From IMG/VR virus record IMGVR_UViG_3300023174_003901, positions 128,001 to 192,000 of that record: a stretch of 64,000 nucleotides of DNA; one strand, given 5' to 3'. Below, one piece after another: positions 27,651-37,574 of the stretch; positions within the stretch are counted from its first letter, which is position 1; each line of letters starts with the position of its first letter. Source of the DNA: a virus (Duplodnaviria; Caudoviricetes). The notes beneath the pieces were generated by a model that did not search any database, was not told where the DNA came from, and saw only the letters and a list, made by a program, of their open reading frames with translations. The position numbers and the translations under genes are program-made.

Positions 27651-27980
27651 TTACTTTCCTACCTTTTGATTAAGTTGTCTCAACTTCTCTTCGTGGATAG
27701 ATATATGTTCTCTATTCTGTTGGATAGAATCACGGTTCTTTTGAATTTCGGCTGTTAAGTCTTGGCGTAGTTTTTCACGAGCAAGTTCGCTACTTGTATT
27801 AGATGCTTGTTTGTTATCGCTTGTGACTACTAAACTTACTTTGCTTTCCAACACTGTTATCTGATGATTTAGCGTTGATACTGCATTTAGCAGGTAACCC
27901 ACACCTGCTATGATAAGTGGTAATAGAGCAAACAACATTTTCTCTATAAACACACCTTTTGCTGATTCTTCTTGAGCCAT
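27651..27980 (-). CDS. membrane-anchored coiled-coil protein
   Basis: One TM segment followed by heptad repeats. Confidence 0.6.
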   Translation of the reverse strand: MAQEESAKGVFIEKMLFALLPLIIAGVGYLLNAVSTLNHQITVLESKVSLVVTSDNKQASNTSSELAREKLRQDLTAEIQKNRDSIQQNREHISIHEEKLRQLNQKVGK

Positions 27981-28000
27981 TTTGTTTTCCTTTATAGTTA

Positions 28001-28552
28001 TTATCGTTCTGGGAATGGTGGTATCACAGGGGCGGGTTTCCCACCAAATCCTGTAGTGACTTCAGCCGCTGGCGCTCCAAATCCTGCACTGCTACTAGGC
28101 CCTGCTGAAGGTGCGCTTCCAAAGCCGCTTCCCACGCCCAGGGGTTGTGATCCCCATGAGTTAGTGACTGGTGCGCCAACTGCGGCGGGTGCGCTGGGTT
28201 GAGGAACTGCTGCCGGGGGTGCGTAGGTTGTTCCTCCGCTGACTGGTATGGATAATCCGCCATTGTTAGCCCCTCCTAGTTTTTCTTGTGTACGACCGTA
28301 GGCTGCAATACCCAGCACAGCACCCATGGCAATGTGATACAGGCCTGCACCTTGTAAGGTGATGGGTTGCCATTGCACGTTGACTTGACCTTTTGAAATG
28401 GCCTGTAGCACTGACCACAGCACAGGAAATATCACAAAGTCTGCAATACAGGTCAGCATGTAACTCCAGCCCATCATGGGACGCCATTTTGAGTTCATCC
28501 AGTCTTCTTTTTTCTTTTCTGATTCCGACATCGGTTTTTGTTCTTCTGCCAT
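28001..28552 (-). CDS. holin-like membrane protein (3TM/GTA-holin-like) with P/G/A-rich tail
   Basis: KWRPMMGWSY...FPVLW...LYHIAMGAVLGIAAYGRTQEK. Confidence 0.6.
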   Translation of the reverse strand: MAEEQKPMSESEKKKEDWMNSKWRPMMGWSYMLTCIADFVIFPVLWSVLQAISKGQVNVQWQPITLQGAGLYHIAMGAVLGIAAYGRTQEKLGGANNGGLSIPVSGGTTYAPPAAVPQPSAPAAVGAPVTNSWGSQPLGVGSGFGSAPSAGPSSSAGFGAPAAEVTTGFGGKPAPVIPPFPER

Positions 28553-28581
28553 GTCTGCCCCTTTTGAATATTTATTATGAT

Positions 28582-29355
28582 TTACGGATGTAGTGTGCTG
28601 TAAATTACACCACTATTGGTCATGGTAAAGTTGTTGTTGCTAGAATCAGCCAGGTACGTGCCGGCGGAATTCACTTGTAGCAACAATGAAGTGTTGGCTA
28701 TGTTGGGCAATGGCGCTGACGGAGCAGTGAATCCTGAAGTGTACAGGGCCGACTTGGTCACACGCACACTGCTCATGTAGCCATTAAAATATCTGCCAGC
28801 GGAACTGGATCCCAGTGTCAATTGATCAGTCACTTGTGATGAACCCACATTTGTAGTAATGATATTGGCGCCTGACGCTTGATTTGTTTGCAAGGTACCA
28901 TTCACAAACAAGTAAACGTTGGGTCCATTTATGGTCATGGCCACATAGTACCAGACGCCTTCAGACAGTTGTGTTGTGGTTGCCACTAATTTGTTATATG
29001 AACCATTGTATATAAACAGTTGCAAATAACCATTGCTCTGCACATTCCATCCCCAAGGAGTGGTGGCCAGGTCTGCTGAGTAATTGCCTATGATCCAACT
29101 TTCTTCGCCGGTTTGACCGGTCTTGGTTCCATTGAATGAAGTGATGTTGATAAATGCTTCCAGCGTGAATACACTTGAAGTGGTCAATTGCCCGCCGGTC
29201 AGCAGATTGATGTTGGTAGAACCTGGGCTACTGACGGGTGTCTGTAGATACGCGGCAGCCGGAGTAAAATTCATACTGCCGGTGGCAACAGGTCCGCCAC
29301 TTATTGAGATGCCTGTTCCAATATTGATTCCGCTGCCGATACTAATTCCCATCAT
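28582..29355 (-). CDS. LamG/concanavalin-A-like domain virion protein
   Basis: FTLEAFIN, WYYVAMT, LFVNG, FNGYMSSVRVTK; N-terminal IGSGINIGTG. Confidence 0.75.
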   Translation of the reverse strand: MMGISIGSGINIGTGISISGGPVATGSMNFTPAAAYLQTPVSSPGSTNINLLTGGQLTTSSVFTLEAFINITSFNGTKTGQTGEESWIIGNYSADLATTPWGWNVQSNGYLQLFIYNGSYNKLVATTTQLSEGVWYYVAMTINGPNVYLFVNGTLQTNQASGANIITTNVGSSQVTDQLTLGSSSAGRYFNGYMSSVRVTKSALYTSGFTAPSAPLPNIANTSLLLQVNSAGTYLADSSNNNFTMTNSGVIYSTLHP

Positions 29356-29374
29356 GTGCTCCTTCTAATATTTA

Positions 29375-30094
29375 TTATAATCCGTATCTGCTTTTTACCG
29401 CATCATAATTTTGTGTGATTTCAATTGTGGATAGCGCACGATTATAAACCAACACTTGTGAAATTCTTGCTGTGGCAAATTCACCAGCATCTGGATCACC
29501 ACCAACAAAAAACGGCATGGCAGTCACTCTCAAATCTGGTTGGTCAGCGTCTCTCAAGCCCACTTGTGTGCCATTCACATACATCTTCATGTTGGCTGTG
29601 CCGGCCTGTGTGCCATCGTAAATCACACATATATTCTGCCAGACATTGAGTGTGAACAATTGGAATATTTCTGCAGGATACATTTCAAATTTTTGAGTGG
29701 TCAATTTGTAAAATCTAAGAAGGGTAGTTCCTCTATAGCCCATGAGAACAAAACTGTCTGAATTTCCTGTTGGATATGCCCAGATGTTCCAGGTAAATGC
29801 AGTGGCAGATGTTTGTATCGGCGTCTGATAGGTAAAACTGGTTCTTTGTGATCCAGCACTTCCAAAACTAAAATAACTTGCATCTCCAGCAGATGTAAAT
29901 GTAGGACTGTTGACCAGTGTTCCGTTGTTGCCGTTGCCGCTGATGTCATTCCAGGCAGTGCCTGAGCCGGAATAACTGGAGGTCTGTCCGGCGTCAATAT
30001 ACACTTGTAACCCTGTGGTAACTATGTCAGGACCGGGAGTGCTTCTTACGGTGATTCCTGGACCTATGGTAATTCCTGGACCTATTACTGGCAT
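29375..30094 (-). CDS. LamG-like domain virion protein
   Basis: GLQVYIDAG...WNDISGNGNNGTLVN, MYVNG, VLVYNRALS...NY; N-terminal IGPGITIGPG. Confidence 0.75.
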   Translation of the reverse strand: MPVIGPGITIGPGITVRSTPGPDIVTTGLQVYIDAGQTSSYSGSGTAWNDISGNGNNGTLVNSPTFTSAGDASYFSFGSAGSQRTSFTYQTPIQTSATAFTWNIWAYPTGNSDSFVLMGYRGTTLLRFYKLTTQKFEMYPAEIFQLFTLNVWQNICVIYDGTQAGTANMKMYVNGTQVGLRDADQPDLRVTAMPFFVGGDPDAGEFATARISQVLVYNRALSTIEITQNYDAVKSRYGL

Positions 30095-30103
30095 GGTTTG
30101 TCC

Positions 30104-30868
30104 TTAAAACGGTACTGTTGCTGTTTGTGTCACTGTGCCATTGTTGGTCACAGTCTGTGTGCTCGATGTGTCTGTGGTCACTGCCGCGCCCAACATCAAG
30201 TACTTGGTGTTTGCGCCTGATGTGAGTGGTGCTGACGGTGCAGTGATTGTGGCACTGTTGCTGTCATACACAGCCGCACCTGTAGTGATTCTTAGGTTGG
30301 TGATGTTGCCAGGCCAGTAGCCACCATAGTATCTGGCCACCCAGTTATTGTCGCCCCAGACCTGACTGTCTGTTTGTGTACCGCCCGAAGGACTGCCGCC
30401 GCCTACGGCACCGGTTGCCCGTGTGCAAGTCACGTAGTTGGCAGTGTTGGAGAAAGTTCCAACCCACATGGTTTCCAAGTCAGTTGTGGCATTGCGATTC
30501 AGCACTATGTATTGCCACTGACCTATTTTAAATGTACCTGCTGACCAGGTGTAAGAGGGCTGATATCCACCGCCGTATCTGTCCAGGGTAATGTTGGAAT
30601 CACTGGTGAGAAACATGCTCATGCCCACACTTTGATCAGTGCCTATCAGTGCCCGATTGGAGAAGTCACCGGTGTTGTAGAACCAGCCTTCTATAGTAAA
30701 TGCGCCGGCTGCCGGAGTCCACCCAGGAGTCATGCTGATATACTGACTGGTTCCGTTAAACCCTAAACTACCTGCCAGGGGTGTGTAGAGATTGGGAGGA
30801 TCTCCGCCCATAAAAATGCCGCCACCTATGTTGATTCCGCCACCAATTGCTATTCCTGGTAATGCCAT
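30104..30868 (-). CDS. LamG-like domain virion protein
   Basis: FTIEGWFY, WQYIVLNR, GNITNLRIT; N-terminal IGGGINIGGG. Confidence 0.7.
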   Translation of the reverse strand: MALPGIAIGGGINIGGGIFMGGDPPNLYTPLAGSLGFNGTSQYISMTPGWTPAAGAFTIEGWFYNTGDFSNRALIGTDQSVGMSMFLTSDSNITLDRYGGGYQPSYTWSAGTFKIGQWQYIVLNRNATTDLETMWVGTFSNTANYVTCTRATGAVGGGSPSGGTQTDSQVWGDNNWVARYYGGYWPGNITNLRITTGAAVYDSNSATITAPSAPLTSGANTKYLMLGAAVTTDTSSTQTVTNNGTVTQTATVPF

Positions 30869-30869
30869 A

Positions 30870-31412
30870 TTATACTCCTGGTATCCATAACCAAACGGCC
30901 TGGCTCATCAAAAGCAAGGCAAATGCGCCAACACCTATGCTGGCTCGATACAAACTGTTCTTCACGCTGAGTATACTGGCAGTGAGTAAAACAATAGCAA
31001 TCTGCAACAGACTGCCTGCGTATGTGTACCAAGGGCTACGTTGCTTGGCCACTGCACGATCTGCTTCAAGAGCACGTGCTTTAGTCATTAGTTCTTTCTT
31101 GCCTTCGCCTGTGGCAGGATCACTTTCATATCTGGCAATCTTTTTGCTGAGTGCGGCAACTTTGTTCACATCCTTGCGGGCCATGGCATCATCCAGGGCC
31201 ATTTCTGCCAAGGTACCTTTGATACTCTTGGCTTGATAAAATGCCCAGGTGTTGTTGGCTTCAATTGTGTCGTTTAAGATACGACTGCTATTGCCATTGC
31301 CCAGGTATGTGTTGATGGCCAACAAGGCTGCCATGACCACAATGACCCATCCGGCTTTGTCTTTGATTTGTGCTTCACGTTCTGAACGTGATAATTGTTT
31401 TTGTTCTGTCAT
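30870..31412 (-). CDS. DUF4337-like membrane protein
   Basis: TM...ANNTWAFYQAKSIK...coiled coil...LLQIAIVL; start MTEQKQ after TAAATA and GGAG. Confidence 0.65.
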   Translation of the reverse strand: MTEQKQLSRSEREAQIKDKAGWVIVVMAALLAINTYLGNGNSSRILNDTIEANNTWAFYQAKSIKGTLAEMALDDAMARKDVNKVAALSKKIARYESDPATGEGKKELMTKARALEADRAVAKQRSPWYTYAGSLLQIAIVLLTASILSVKNSLYRASIGVGAFALLLMSQAVWLWIPGV

Positions 31413-31434
31413 GATTTCTCCGTTGACATTGTAT

Positions 31435-32427
31435 TTAACCACGAGCAGGGAAATAATCTTCTACTGTGCTTTGACGGCGTATGTCCACGGTCAAGCAGTG
31501 CATGGCACCGTCCCAGAAACTTCTGGTGCGAAATGGCACCCAGTGTACTGTTATACCGCGACGGGACAGTTCTTCTGCTAGTTTTTCATTCTCTGCTAAC
31601 ATAATTACATTTGATTCATTTATACTCAGGCAGTTTAATTCAAAATAGGTTTCTGTGTAGTTGCCCACCCAGTCCTGGGCATGCTGAACAATGTGATCGT
31701 TGAACATGCGATTTGTGCCCACGGTGGTGTCATAAAACTTGCCATTGTACACAGGATAAGGTTGCTGGTAGCCTATGCTGGGGTGTGCATGATACGTGGG
31801 GTTGTCTAGATATATGATTTCCCAGCCGGGAAATGTGCGTTCGTATCCGTTGAAATAATGATTGGCCAGGATCAGTCCAGGCTTTAACACAGCAAAACAC
31901 CCGTCCATGTGCCCACCGTTCTGTTCTACCTGCACTCGATATTCAGGCCACCAATTGCGATACTCAATGTCAAATACATCTGTGTCCAACACAATGTCGC
32001 GACCCACACGCACAACATTGGCACCGTGTACAAACCTATGCGGACTGGTCATTTGCTGGCATCTTGGGTCTTGAACATATTGATCAATGATCCAATCCCA
32101 ACAACTGCCTGCAGAATCCGTTTGATACAGAGTGTGACCAATGACCACATGATCGTCCCGGGGCACAATGGGTGGCTTTTGTAATATGCCGTTTTTTAAA
32201 TGATTGTCTATGCTTGTGAATTGTGGCCGTTGCACCGTCACATTGAATGATTCAATTGTGCGTTGTATTGAATTCAAATCCTCTTGTGTTATTTCAGTTA
32301 ATTGTTGAAATACATCTCTAATCTCTGGGGCAAAATGCTCATACCAGGACGCAGGATAAACATCTCCCAACCAACATTCTTCCAGTTGTGACCACGAGTT
32401 GTGACTGTTGATAGTCGGTAATGTCAA
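31435..32427 (-). CDS. amidinotransferase (pentein superfamily, glycine/inosamine-phosphate amidinotransferase-like)
   Basis: NSHNSWSQLEECWLG, PRD, HGANV, GHMDGCF, WDGAMHCLTVD (Asp-His-Cys triad pattern). Confidence 0.8.
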   Translation of the reverse strand: MTLPTINSHNSWSQLEECWLGDVYPASWYEHFAPEIRDVFQQLTEITQEDLNSIQRTIESFNVTVQRPQFTSIDNHLKNGILQKPPIVPRDDHVVIGHTLYQTDSAGSCWDWIIDQYVQDPRCQQMTSPHRFVHGANVVRVGRDIVLDTDVFDIEYRNWWPEYRVQVEQNGGHMDGCFAVLKPGLILANHYFNGYERTFPGWEIIYLDNPTYHAHPSIGYQQPYPVYNGKFYDTTVGTNRMFNDHIVQHAQDWVGNYTETYFELNCLSINESNVIMLAENEKLAEELSRRGITVHWVPFRTRSFWDGAMHCLTVDIRRQSTVEDYFPARG

Positions 32428-33045
32428 TCAAGCACCCAGTACGTGTAATGCGTGTTCAGTATGACTGATACGATCGTCCAGGCCAATGTAGCCACCATTG
32501 ATGGCACGAGTCAGGCCTTTGACATCATTTGCATCAGCAAAGCGATTTAAATTGTTTTGTTCCCAGAACCAGCAGGCTGACTGTGCGGCACCTTCAAAGG
32601 TGGCCAAGTATTCGCTTGCTTCTTCTACTGTGATACCCAATGACCCTGCAAAGAATGTGTAGTTGTCTTTGCCTGTGAGTTGTATAAGTCCACGTCCGCA
32701 GTATCTATAGCCGTCGCCTGACGCTTCGTCGCCATTGCCCATTCTTTTGGCGTAGACTCTATTGGCAATCCGTTCAGGTTTATTGGCGTATTGTTGTGCC
32801 AATTCAGCAGTGGGAAAATACTTGGCAAATGTCTTTTGTAGGCTGACTGCTTTGTAATTCAAATTCTCTTTGATAAAAACAAAATTTCCTGACTCATGTG
32901 CGCATTGTGCTATGAAATGTGCAACTCTTAATGGAGTATTAATTTCGTAGTCGTCCAACAATTGCTCTAGTGCTTCATACCAGTGATCAATATGCGGATT
33001 CTTGACCATTTGTTTTAATTGGTCTTTTGTCAAGATTGTGCTCAT
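32428..33045 (-). CDS. glycoside hydrolase family 19 endolysin
   Basis: HFIAQCAHESG, GDGYRYCGRGLIQLTGKDNY, TRAINGG. Confidence 0.9.
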   Translation of the reverse strand: MSTILTKDQLKQMVKNPHIDHWYEALEQLLDDYEINTPLRVAHFIAQCAHESGNFVFIKENLNYKAVSLQKTFAKYFPTAELAQQYANKPERIANRVYAKRMGNGDEASGDGYRYCGRGLIQLTGKDNYTFFAGSLGITVEEASEYLATFEGAAQSACWFWEQNNLNRFADANDVKGLTRAINGGYIGLDDRISHTEHALHVLGA

Positions 33046-33353
33046 TTTTGGGCTCCTTCATGTATTATTTTTTGTATGCGGTACCATTCTTGCCAGGCAT
33101 CTGTCTTTACTGCACACTCATAATAGGTACTGTAGTTGACAGTGACTGTGTTGGCCACATCACTTAACTTAGCATTGTCCTTTAACTTTTGCAAGTCAGG
33201 ACACACAGTCATTGCACCCTTGCCAGGCGGTTCAGGGAATTTTGCTGTGACAGGCACTGCTGTGGCACATCCTGATATGGCCAGAATCACCATAATGACT
33301 AGAGAAAATATAATCAGACTTGATATAACCTGTTGGTCTCGTTGATCTTTCAT
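33042..33353 (-). CDS. o-spanin (Rz1-like lipoprotein)
   Basis: Lipobox LAISGC; Pro-rich segment; YYEC. Confidence 0.7.
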   Translation of the reverse strand: MKDQRDQQVISSLIIFSLVIMVILAISGCATAVPVTAKFPEPPGKGAMTVCPDLQKLKDNAKLSDVANTVTVNYSTYYECAVKTDAWQEWYRIQKIIHEGAQK

Positions 33354-33793
33354 TTTGGCGGCGCCTCCGCGGCACGATTGTGTGCGTCAATAAATGGTGG
33401 TGGAATCACGCATTGGTCATTGTATCGCACAACTTCACGGTCAACATACTGTCGGATGTATGTCATGCGCTGGCGGATTTCTGTTGTTTGTTTTTGTGTC
33501 TTGGAATCAATTTGGGCATTGGCTTCTGCTGATGCTTTTTCTGCCTCGGCCAAGCGTGCCTCTACTGCTGCCACACGCTCACGCCATTCTGTTTCCACAG
33601 CAATACCGCCGCGAAAGTAAACACCCAGCACTAGTAACGCAATGCCGGCCAGTTTAAAGCCCAGTTGATAGGGCCATAATACAGGAACACGATGTGCAAC
33701 AAAGCCTGCCGCAGTGGCCACAATACCTGTGAGTAACAAGATATTACAGAACCATAAGATAACAGAGTCAGGGAGAAAGTGTAGGATAAACAT
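33350..33793 (-). CDS. i-spanin (Rz-like)
   Basis: N-terminal TMs, coiled coil, C-terminal QCVIPPPFIDAHNRAA. Confidence 0.7.
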   Translation of the reverse strand: MFILHFLPDSVILWFCNILLLTGIVATAAGFVAHRVPVLWPYQLGFKLAGIALLVLGVYFRGGIAVETEWRERVAAVEARLAEAEKASAEANAQIDSKTQKQTTEIRQRMTYIRQYVDREVVRYNDQCVIPPPFIDAHNRAAEAPPK

Positions 33794-33824
33794 TATGCTA
33801 ATATTTATCGTTGATAACTACTTG

Positions 33825-35066
33825 ATGAATGTTCTAATTCTTACACCGGATGCAGTGGGCAGTACTTTGTTGCAACGTATGTTGACCATTTACATGCAAT
33901 TTCATGCGTTTGGCCGTCCAGTTATCAACCTACACGAACTGACCAATGGCCTGGCCCGATACTACAGCCCTGAATTCAATCAAGAATTGGTCAGTAAACA
34001 TGCCTTGAAAGAGTGGGGATATCATCAGTCACTGGCACAGGTGACTGAGATGTTGAGCAGTGTGGATCACTACAAAACGTCAAGACTTGCACACTATCAT
34101 ATTGTGCGCCGCGGGGACTCCGTGGCGGAACAAATTCCATTTTATAATTATCTCAATGAGAATTTTTTTGTAATTGCCTGCCGACGTGAGAACGTGTTTG
34201 AGCATGCGCTCAGCATGACTCTCAGCACTGTGACAAAAAAACTCAATGTGTACGATGTGTATGAAAAAGTAGACACTTTTTATGACATGTACAAATCTGG
34301 GATCAACCTGGATGCCACAGTATTTGAGCGCCAATTGACAGCCTACAAAAATTATCTCACCTGGAGTGAACAGTATTTTGATATTGGTGCATATTTCCAT
34401 TACGAAAAAGATATTCCCAGACTGGAACAATACATCCTAAATCTGCCGGTATTTGCCGCACAGGCCACACAGATAACCTGGGATCAAAATTTCGGGCACA
34501 GTTTCAATGACTGGAATCAAATGCACTATATCCGTAGCAATCCTAGTGCATTGTCCTGTCTGCCCGCACAGGCCGTGGAAAAATTGTTGTTGACTCTGGA
34601 TCCAGTTGATGATTATCAACAGCACAGTCAGCCAGAAATGCCGCCTGTTTATTCTGCCGCAGATCTTGCGGCGCTGCCTGAACATGTGGTCAACACCTGG
34701 ACTCGTGACGTGATCAGCCGCACAGGCATTGTGCCTTTCCTGGACTCAGAAAAACAGCAAAAACTAGCACCATATGAGTCTGGTTATGCCATGGCCAAAG
34801 CCACAATAGATCAAATGATCCAATTAGGCATAATGGTCAGTGGCCCGCCTATCAAAAAACAAACACTAGATGACAAGCACCAAATAATCAAAAATTTTGA
34901 TCAATTGATCACAGTGTACAACCATTGGATTGAACAAAATCCTGGTATTGGAGAGCCCATTGACAGTGATAAAATACAGAATCAAATATCAACAGAATCT
35001 AACTTCTGGAATTCAATTATGAATTCAAAAGATTCTGTACCTGCGTTGCTACCCATTCAGCCGTGA
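33825..35066 (+). CDS. sulfotransferase-like P-loop protein
   Basis: Probable start MNVLILTPDAVGSTLLQRML; IACRRENVFEHALS; TAACTA 4 nt before the ATG. Confidence 0.55.
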   Translation: MNVLILTPDAVGSTLLQRMLTIYMQFHAFGRPVINLHELTNGLARYYSPEFNQELVSKHALKEWGYHQSLAQVTEMLSSVDHYKTSRLAHYHIVRRGDSVAEQIPFYNYLNENFFVIACRRENVFEHALSMTLSTVTKKLNVYDVYEKVDTFYDMYKSGINLDATVFERQLTAYKNYLTWSEQYFDIGAYFHYEKDIPRLEQYILNLPVFAAQATQITWDQNFGHSFNDWNQMHYIRSNPSALSCLPAQAVEKLLLTLDPVDDYQQHSQPEMPPVYSAADLAALPEHVVNTWTRDVISRTGIVPFLDSEKQQKLAPYESGYAMAKATIDQMIQLGIMVSGPPIKKQTLDDKHQIIKNFDQLITVYNHWIEQNPGIGEPIDSDKIQNQISTESNFWNSIMNSKDSVPALLPIQP

Positions 35067-35880
35067 GGAGATCAAAGTGCAGTCCGTCACGTGCTCGATC
35101 CAGATATTCAACTCTTATTAAATCACACAAAAACTCAGGATGACTCTGTTGTATTGCTTGAAACTCCAGCAAGCCCTTGATATCTATACCGTGTAGTGTG
35201 CGCAATTCTGTGACAATTTCGGGATAAAGATCCTGACATTCTGTTGAACTTGATGGCAACAGAATTGGCCAATTAGGATCACGTGTTTTTTGCCAGGCCG
35301 CATCAGTAAAGGAGTTATTGCTGAAGTTTGGCACAATAGATTCTATCACACGTGAATTTGCACAATGTGTACGAACCTTTTTCCTACATGAATAGAAATT
35401 TTCAAAATCCTGTATATCAGTTGACTTCACATGATGCTGACGACGATCCAGATCCGACAGGTCAGCGTCAGGGTGTTCTCGACGATGCAAATAACTCCAC
35501 ATTATCACAATGTCACTGGGTCCGGCAAGATCATATGCATCACATGCTGTTCTAGCAATCCATTCATTGCTGGCCCCGTCCATGGCCACCGTGATCACAC
35601 GGCGCTGACTGTGTTGGCTCAGCACTTGAGGCCAGGTGTGCTCAAAGCAACTGCCCAGGCCTACGGTAAAACTATCACCCAGGCACCACACAGCAGACTC
35701 TAAATCCTCCGGCCATTCCTGATCTCTAAATCCTCTGCTGTTGTATCGGTAGTCAATTGAGTGTGGCCATTGTGTGAACACTTCCCGGTCTAAACATCTG
35801 TTCAAACTGTCCATTCCAGAATAGTCAAACTGTTGGTTGGCAAGTTCAGGCAGGGTCAATGGACCATTGACTGCGTTCAT
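35017..35880 (-). CDS. SGNH-like hydrolase-fold protein
   Basis: YNSRGFRD, CLGDSFTVG, MDGASN, RDGLHF. Confidence 0.6.
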   Translation of the reverse strand: MNAVNGPLTLPELANQQFDYSGMDSLNRCLDREVFTQWPHSIDYRYNSRGFRDQEWPEDLESAVWCLGDSFTVGLGSCFEHTWPQVLSQHSQRRVITVAMDGASNEWIARTACDAYDLAGPSDIVIMWSYLHRREHPDADLSDLDRRQHHVKSTDIQDFENFYSCRKKVRTHCANSRVIESIVPNFSNNSFTDAAWQKTRDPNWPILLPSSSTECQDLYPEIVTELRTLHGIDIKGLLEFQAIQQSHPEFLCDLIRVEYLDRARDGLHFDLLTAEWVATQVQNLLNS

Positions 35881-35892
35881 ATTTGACCCTGG

Positions 35893-36117
35893 TTAATCTT
35901 TGTCTGTGACAATTACTGCCACATTATCTACCCAGACCATTCGCCCAACACAAGCAATATTCCATTTGGTTTCACCATGCTCTTGAGTGCATTCTGTGTA
36001 GGTTTCGCCAATCAATCTCACATCTTTGGCCAGATGTTCCGTACCATTTTCAAATATGCGCCAAACCAATTCTGAGCCATTGTGTCGGGTGTTGAATCTC
36101 ACGTGGTACTTATTCAA
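35893..36117 (-). CDS. small hypothetical protein
   Basis: 74 aa, coupled to the upstream gene. Confidence 0.6.
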   Translation of the reverse strand: MNKYHVRFNTRHNGSELVWRIFENGTEHLAKDVRLIGETYTECTQEHGETKWNIACVGRMVWVDNVAVIVTDKD

Positions 36118-36952
36118 GGCCCAGAGACTTTCTTATATTGGTCGCAGAGATATTGGTAATCGATTGGTCAAAGGATTCTTGCTCGATTGTGTAACCCACG
36201 TCGCGACCATAAGTGATATTAACAATATTAGGAACAACCTGAATTTCATATTGACCTTGGTATACAGTATCTAAATCCCTGCGTATGAAGTATTTAACTT
36301 GCTCAATGGCAAAAGGATTTGTGCCTTGCCAACCCTGGCAATCACGTATTTGTATAACCACCTGCCCTGTTTTGGCAATGGCACGTTCAAACAAGGCACG
36401 ATGTCCTGCATGCCACGGCTGCCAGCGACCCAGCATTTGCACAGTTTCCTTTTGCCAATCGAATGTGGGTCTACGGCGATTCTCAATTATGTGCTCGCCC
36501 ACAAATTCCACCCATTTCTCTGCGTTCTGTTCTGTAATGCGGAAATCATAAACTTCAGGTGGCACAAACATCCGGTTGGTGTCTTCAAAACGGCCTTTTT
36601 CAATTGTGTCAATCCAAATGCACCAATCTGCTTTGAAATTGTTGCGCATTTCCACCAAGGGTGCCACAAAGTCCACAATACAATAGTCAGTATTGGCTTC
36701 GTCTGCTAGGTCTCGCATGCGCAGACTTTGTCTAACTCGTCCTTCTGTTGAGAAGTCCCAATCATTGTAGTGTCTACGCACTTCGTCGGCATTGAGCCAT
36801 GCCACTGTGATTCGAGCATCAGCAATGGGTCTTAGACTGTGCTCATTGATGGGTGTGATGTGATCTTCGAGATAGCGTTTTAATCGTTCTGCAAAGTAGG
36901 TTTTGCCCGAGCCGGGCAGGCCCATTATTAATATGCGTTTAGGTGTTTTCAT
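36110..36952 (-). CDS. adenylylsulfate kinase-like domain fused to a HIGH-type nucleotidyltransferase
   Basis: MGLPGSGKT, WLNADEVR, VDFVAP, FEDTNRMFVPP; then LGRWQPWHAGH and ISATNIR. Confidence 0.8.
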   Translation of the reverse strand: MKTPKRILIMGLPGSGKTYFAERLKRYLEDHITPINEHSLRPIADARITVAWLNADEVRRHYNDWDFSTEGRVRQSLRMRDLADEANTDYCIVDFVAPLVEMRNNFKADWCIWIDTIEKGRFEDTNRMFVPPEVYDFRITEQNAEKWVEFVGEHIIENRRRPTFDWQKETVQMLGRWQPWHAGHRALFERAIAKTGQVVIQIRDCQGWQGTNPFAIEQVKYFIRRDLDTVYQGQYEIQVVPNIVNITYGRDVGYTIEQESFDQSITNISATNIRKSLGLE

Positions 36953-37574
36953 AGTAGTTCTCCAGTATAAATTTGGCTATAGATTCATGTTCAGAATCTG
37001 AGGGGTGTTTGACATGTGGTATTAATTTATTAGTTATTAAATCATTGATAGTTAAATCCACTAATTTTATTTGTTTTGCATCACAATGTGCTTGGATTGC
37101 CTGCCGATAATTCCGAGTCTTTTTTGCCATTTCCTGGCTGTCAAAATAATTTTCAATCAAGAATGGGTACACCGCAGATAGATCATTTATCGCCTGATCA
37201 CTATCGCCGGTGAACCATGCTCCATGCTCGCGCTTGTCGTGCATTTCAAAGTTGACTAAATCAATCATGCTACTGGCCCAATTGGGCAACACAAACCAAT
37301 GTCGATTTTGATTTTTCCAATACAGTCGTTCATTGCTGGTCCACATCACAACAACAGAATGTATATTGTTTGCGCTGTGTAAATGGTCCATGACACTGTG
37401 AAATATGTATTCATTTGACGCACCACTCAAGGCAACATTTACTAGTTCTGTGTTTAATGCTCGAGACATATAAGCAGAGTAGGATCTTTTGACATTTTCT
37501 TCATGCATGAATCCGTTGTACAACTCTGCACCGTGAGTGACTGAACATCCTGACACCAGTAACTTTTGTTTCAT
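36939..37574 (-). CDS. SGNH-like hydrolase-fold protein
   Basis: VSGCSVTHG, VALSGASN, KHPSDSEH. Confidence 0.6.
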   Translation of the reverse strand: MKQKLLVSGCSVTHGAELYNGFMHEENVKRSYSAYMSRALNTELVNVALSGASNEYIFHSVMDHLHSANNIHSVVVMWTSNERLYWKNQNRHWFVLPNWASSMIDLVNFEMHDKREHGAWFTGDSDQAINDLSAVYPFLIENYFDSQEMAKKTRNYRQAIQAHCDAKQIKLVDLTINDLITNKLIPHVKHPSDSEHESIAKFILENYYENT

